Assembly: GCA_043809315.1 (NCBI GenBank)
Contig: JAZDDX010000026.1
Span: forward strand, 10,792-74,791
Length of the DNA stretch: 64,000 nt
Source: Pseudomonadota bacterium
GTDB lineage: Bacteria; Bdellovibrionota_G; JALEGL01; DATDPG01
Reading direction: 5' to 3'
Shown here: one piece after another, positions 61,994 to 64,000 of the stretch
How positions within the stretch are numbered: position 1 is the first letter of the stretch
Layout: the number at the start of each line of letters is the position of its first letter
The notes under the pieces: model-generated
Told to the model about the DNA's origin: nothing
Database searches by the model: none
What the model saw: only the letters and a program-made list of their open reading frames with translations
Position numbers and translations under genes: made by a program

Positions 61994-63604
61994 TCAGTCA
62001 TCGCGGCGTCGAGCCACGACCTGCGAAAAGAGCTCCTGTCCCACGATTGAAAATACGATGATCAGGGCGATCCCCCCGAGAATCGCGCGGATGTTCACCC
62101 ACCGAAGGCCGTGGAGCACCAAGTTGATCAGCCAGACATCCCACTCGGCCCGGAGGGGGGCGTCGGCATGCAACGCCGTGAAGCCGAGACCACGCCAGGG
62201 GACGCTCGTCCCCGGTTTCTGGCGGTCGAGAAAGAGCGATTTCACGACCCACCACTGACCCAGGATCGGGGAATATTCTGGAATGAATTCGGTTTCGAGG
62301 AACGTGTCGCGCATCGGGACGGCGACTCCCGTTTTGGCGGCGTACAGGTAGCGCGCTTTTTCGATGAACGATCCGTTCGCCCGGACATACTGGTAGTAGG
62401 CCAAGTAATGCACCGAGACCGCGAGGAGTTGGACGAACGCCGACACGGCGAAGAGGCCGGCCAGCAGGGCGCGCCTTCCGATCCCCCGATCGGCGATCGC
62501 TCGCTCCACCCATTCGCCCGCCGGAAGGGTCAGGAGGGGCGTTAAGACCAAAAGATATCGCGGGCCCCAGGACGGATCCCCGGACCAGACCCACCAAGCG
62601 GCGTATTTGAGCGGCACGAGAAGGGTGATTGCCCCGATCAACATCGTCTCCTGCCGGGCACGGCGGAAGAACGCCGCCGCGCCGACCAAACCCAGAAGGA
62701 GGATCGAATTGTAGAAAAAGAATCCCTTCCCCGGACTCGCCAGATACCCGAACAAGCCCACATAGAGCGGGGTCGAGAACCCTCCGCCGGCATACCCGAG
62801 CTTCAAGGGGGTTCCGAAACGGATGTAGTCGTAGAGGAGCTGCGGCGACGTAAGAAGGAACATTGGGATTGCGAAACAAAGGAGCGGGGCGATCAGGCGC
62901 CGCTCCCGATTCCGGTAGAACCAATAGATCGCCAGGACCGCAAGCAGCGGGGCAAAGATCGCCCGGATCGCCAGCAGGAGTCCGAACGCGGCGCCGGCCG
63001 CCGCCATCGCTTTCGGGCGGAGGATCCCTTCGTTTCTCTGGGCGTACAATAGATAGACCGTCAGGAGCAGGAGCGTCGTCTGCGACGATTCCGTGAGGAG
63101 GTATTTCGAATACGGCCAGGCCATCGTCCCAAGACCGAAGAAAAGGGAGAGGATCAGGCTGGTCGTGCCCGTGAACCCGAGGCGCATGGCGAATAGGAAC
63201 AGAAGCGAACAGGAGAACGCCGTGAAGAGCGCCGGACAGAGACGGAGATAGCGTCGCGTCTGTCCCTCCAGCCAGCCGTCGTACTCCCGACGGCTCTTCC
63301 CCGACGCGGTATCGTACGGCTCGGAGAAGGAAAGGCCCCGGTTGATCACGAAGTAGAATGGGGCGTAAACGAGCGATTGGCCGATCTGGTAGGAAGAGTA
63401 GGTCTTCCCGTCGCTTCCGATGTCGATCGCGCCCGGATATCTAGGAACGTCGTCGGGAAGAGAAAGCGGCTGGAGTTTCACCAGACTCGAAGTGACGCGG
63501 AGAACGTACTCTTCGTCCGGGATCTGGACCGCTTCGCGGAACGAATTCGTCAGGATGTAGAGGATCCCGAAAAACAGAAAGATGAGTCCCGCTTGCCGGC
63601 GCAT
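61994..63604 (-). CDS. GT-C fold glycosyltransferase (ArnT/PMT-like, GT39/GT83 type)
   Basis: 536 aa with more than 10 TM spans. The first extracytoplasmic loop carries an acidic DE motif (IPDEEY). The overall layout is that of undecaprenyl-phosphate-sugar-dependent transferases. Confidence 0.7.
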   Translation of the reverse strand: MRRQAGLIFLFFGILYILTNSFREAVQIPDEEYVLRVTSSLVKLQPLSLPDDVPRYPGAIDIGSDGKTYSSYQIGQSLVYAPFYFVINRGLSFSEPYDTASGKSRREYDGWLEGQTRRYLRLCPALFTAFSCSLLFLFAMRLGFTGTTSLILSLFFGLGTMAWPYSKYLLTESSQTTLLLLTVYLLYAQRNEGILRPKAMAAAGAAFGLLLAIRAIFAPLLAVLAIYWFYRNRERRLIAPLLCFAIPMFLLTSPQLLYDYIRFGTPLKLGYAGGGFSTPLYVGLFGYLASPGKGFFFYNSILLLGLVGAAAFFRRARQETMLIGAITLLVPLKYAAWWVWSGDPSWGPRYLLVLTPLLTLPAGEWVERAIADRGIGRRALLAGLFAVSAFVQLLAVSVHYLAYYQYVRANGSFIEKARYLYAAKTGVAVPMRDTFLETEFIPEYSPILGQWWVVKSLFLDRQKPGTSVPWRGLGFTALHADAPLRAEWDVWLINLVLHGLRWVNIRAILGGIALIIVFSIVGQELFSQVVARRRDD

Positions 63605-63670
63605 GGTCCGGGGCGATTCCTACCAGAGTTTCCCTCGGCTCGGAAAAAAACTCCGATATAATGAGCCGCT

Positions 63671-64000
63671 TTGTCCGGCCGCACCCTTCGATCGCTTCTT
63701 GGGCTTCTTCCGCTTCTGGCGGTTTCCGCCTGCGTCCGGGAGATCCCCCGGCTGATCGTCCCTCCCGTCCCGATCGGGGACGGAGGGCGGTTGATCCGTG
63801 AGCTGTATCGAAGCGCCTGGGTTCCCCCCGCCTCCGACGACGACCTGATCCGGGTCGCTCTCGTTCCCGGAGAGACCGCCGTCCGTTTCCGCGCGCTCGC
63901 ACCGATGCAGATCCGGGCTTATTCCGAATCCGATTCCTGGGAGGTCGCCTCCCCCGAAGGAGTGATCTGGGCCGTCGTCGCCGGGCCAATCGTCCGACCG
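63671..64000 (+). CDS. Lipoprotein, partial (continues beyond the right edge); possibly SpoIID/LytB-like
   Basis: Not in the track because there is no stop in the window. Hand translation from TTG 63671 gives (M)SGRTLRSLLGLLPLLAVSAC (lipobox) ...DDDLIRVALVPGETAVRFRALAPMQIRAY.... The frame is open to nt 64000. The family guess is weak. Confidence 0.5.
   Translation, partial: MSGRTLRSLLGLLPLLAVSACVREIPRLIVPPVPIGDGGRLIRELYRSAWVPPASDDDLIRVALVPGETAVRFRALAPMQIRAYSESDSWEVASPEGVIWAVVAGPIVRP

Overview
GC-rich (by eye above 60% GC), very compact bacterial chromosomal segment. It holds about 60 protein-coding genes and two divergently oriented tRNAs (Phe-GAA, Lys-CTT). I found no rRNA, no CRISPR array and no recognisable transposase, integrase or phage genes. 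Many genes are chained by 1-4 nt start/stop overlaps (ATGA, GTGA, TTGA). Housekeeping content includes argS, tmk-holB-tatD, suhB, clpB, a class A PBP, MltD- and RlpA-type cell-wall enzymes, a CDF metal exporter, a thioredoxin-type ArsC, an Omp85-family barrel and a GldA/F/G-like ABC set. The poly-c7 multihaem cytochrome, three stand-alone PilZ proteins, an FHA-sigma54 activator and an atypical Hsp70 suggest a Deltaproteobacteria-like (Desulfobacterota/Myxococcota-type) or similar uncultivated lineage; this is inference only. Most noteworthy items: (1) A tightly coupled operon (25.8-32.9 kb) carries three copies of a ~480-aa polytopic membrane protein I cannot assign to any family, flanking a divergent CdsA-family gene. 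(2) At 52.3-57.7 kb a CAP-like/4x[4Fe-4S]/His-pair membrane protein, a 27-haem cytochrome c and an outer-membrane barrel look like a trans-envelope electron conduit. (3) An FHA / dead-GGDEF (I-site kept) / sigma54 activator sits next to an operon of two unknown 195-aa proteins, a PilZ protein and an orphan pseudopilin. (4) A lid-less Hsp70 is coupled to a multi-domain J-protein, a small YD-repeat protein and a NYN nuclease. (5) An orphan promoter-plus-terminator unit in an AT-rich spacer (57.78-57.93 kb) is a candidate structured sRNA. (6) A lower-GC two-gene nucleotidyltransferase-like/RHH-like cassette lies at 16.1-17.1 kb. The six-frame track contains many long antisense or out-of-frame ORFs typical of high-GC DNA; these were rejected. 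Several track ORFs were trimmed to internal starts, and two edge-truncated genes missing from the track were added by hand translation.
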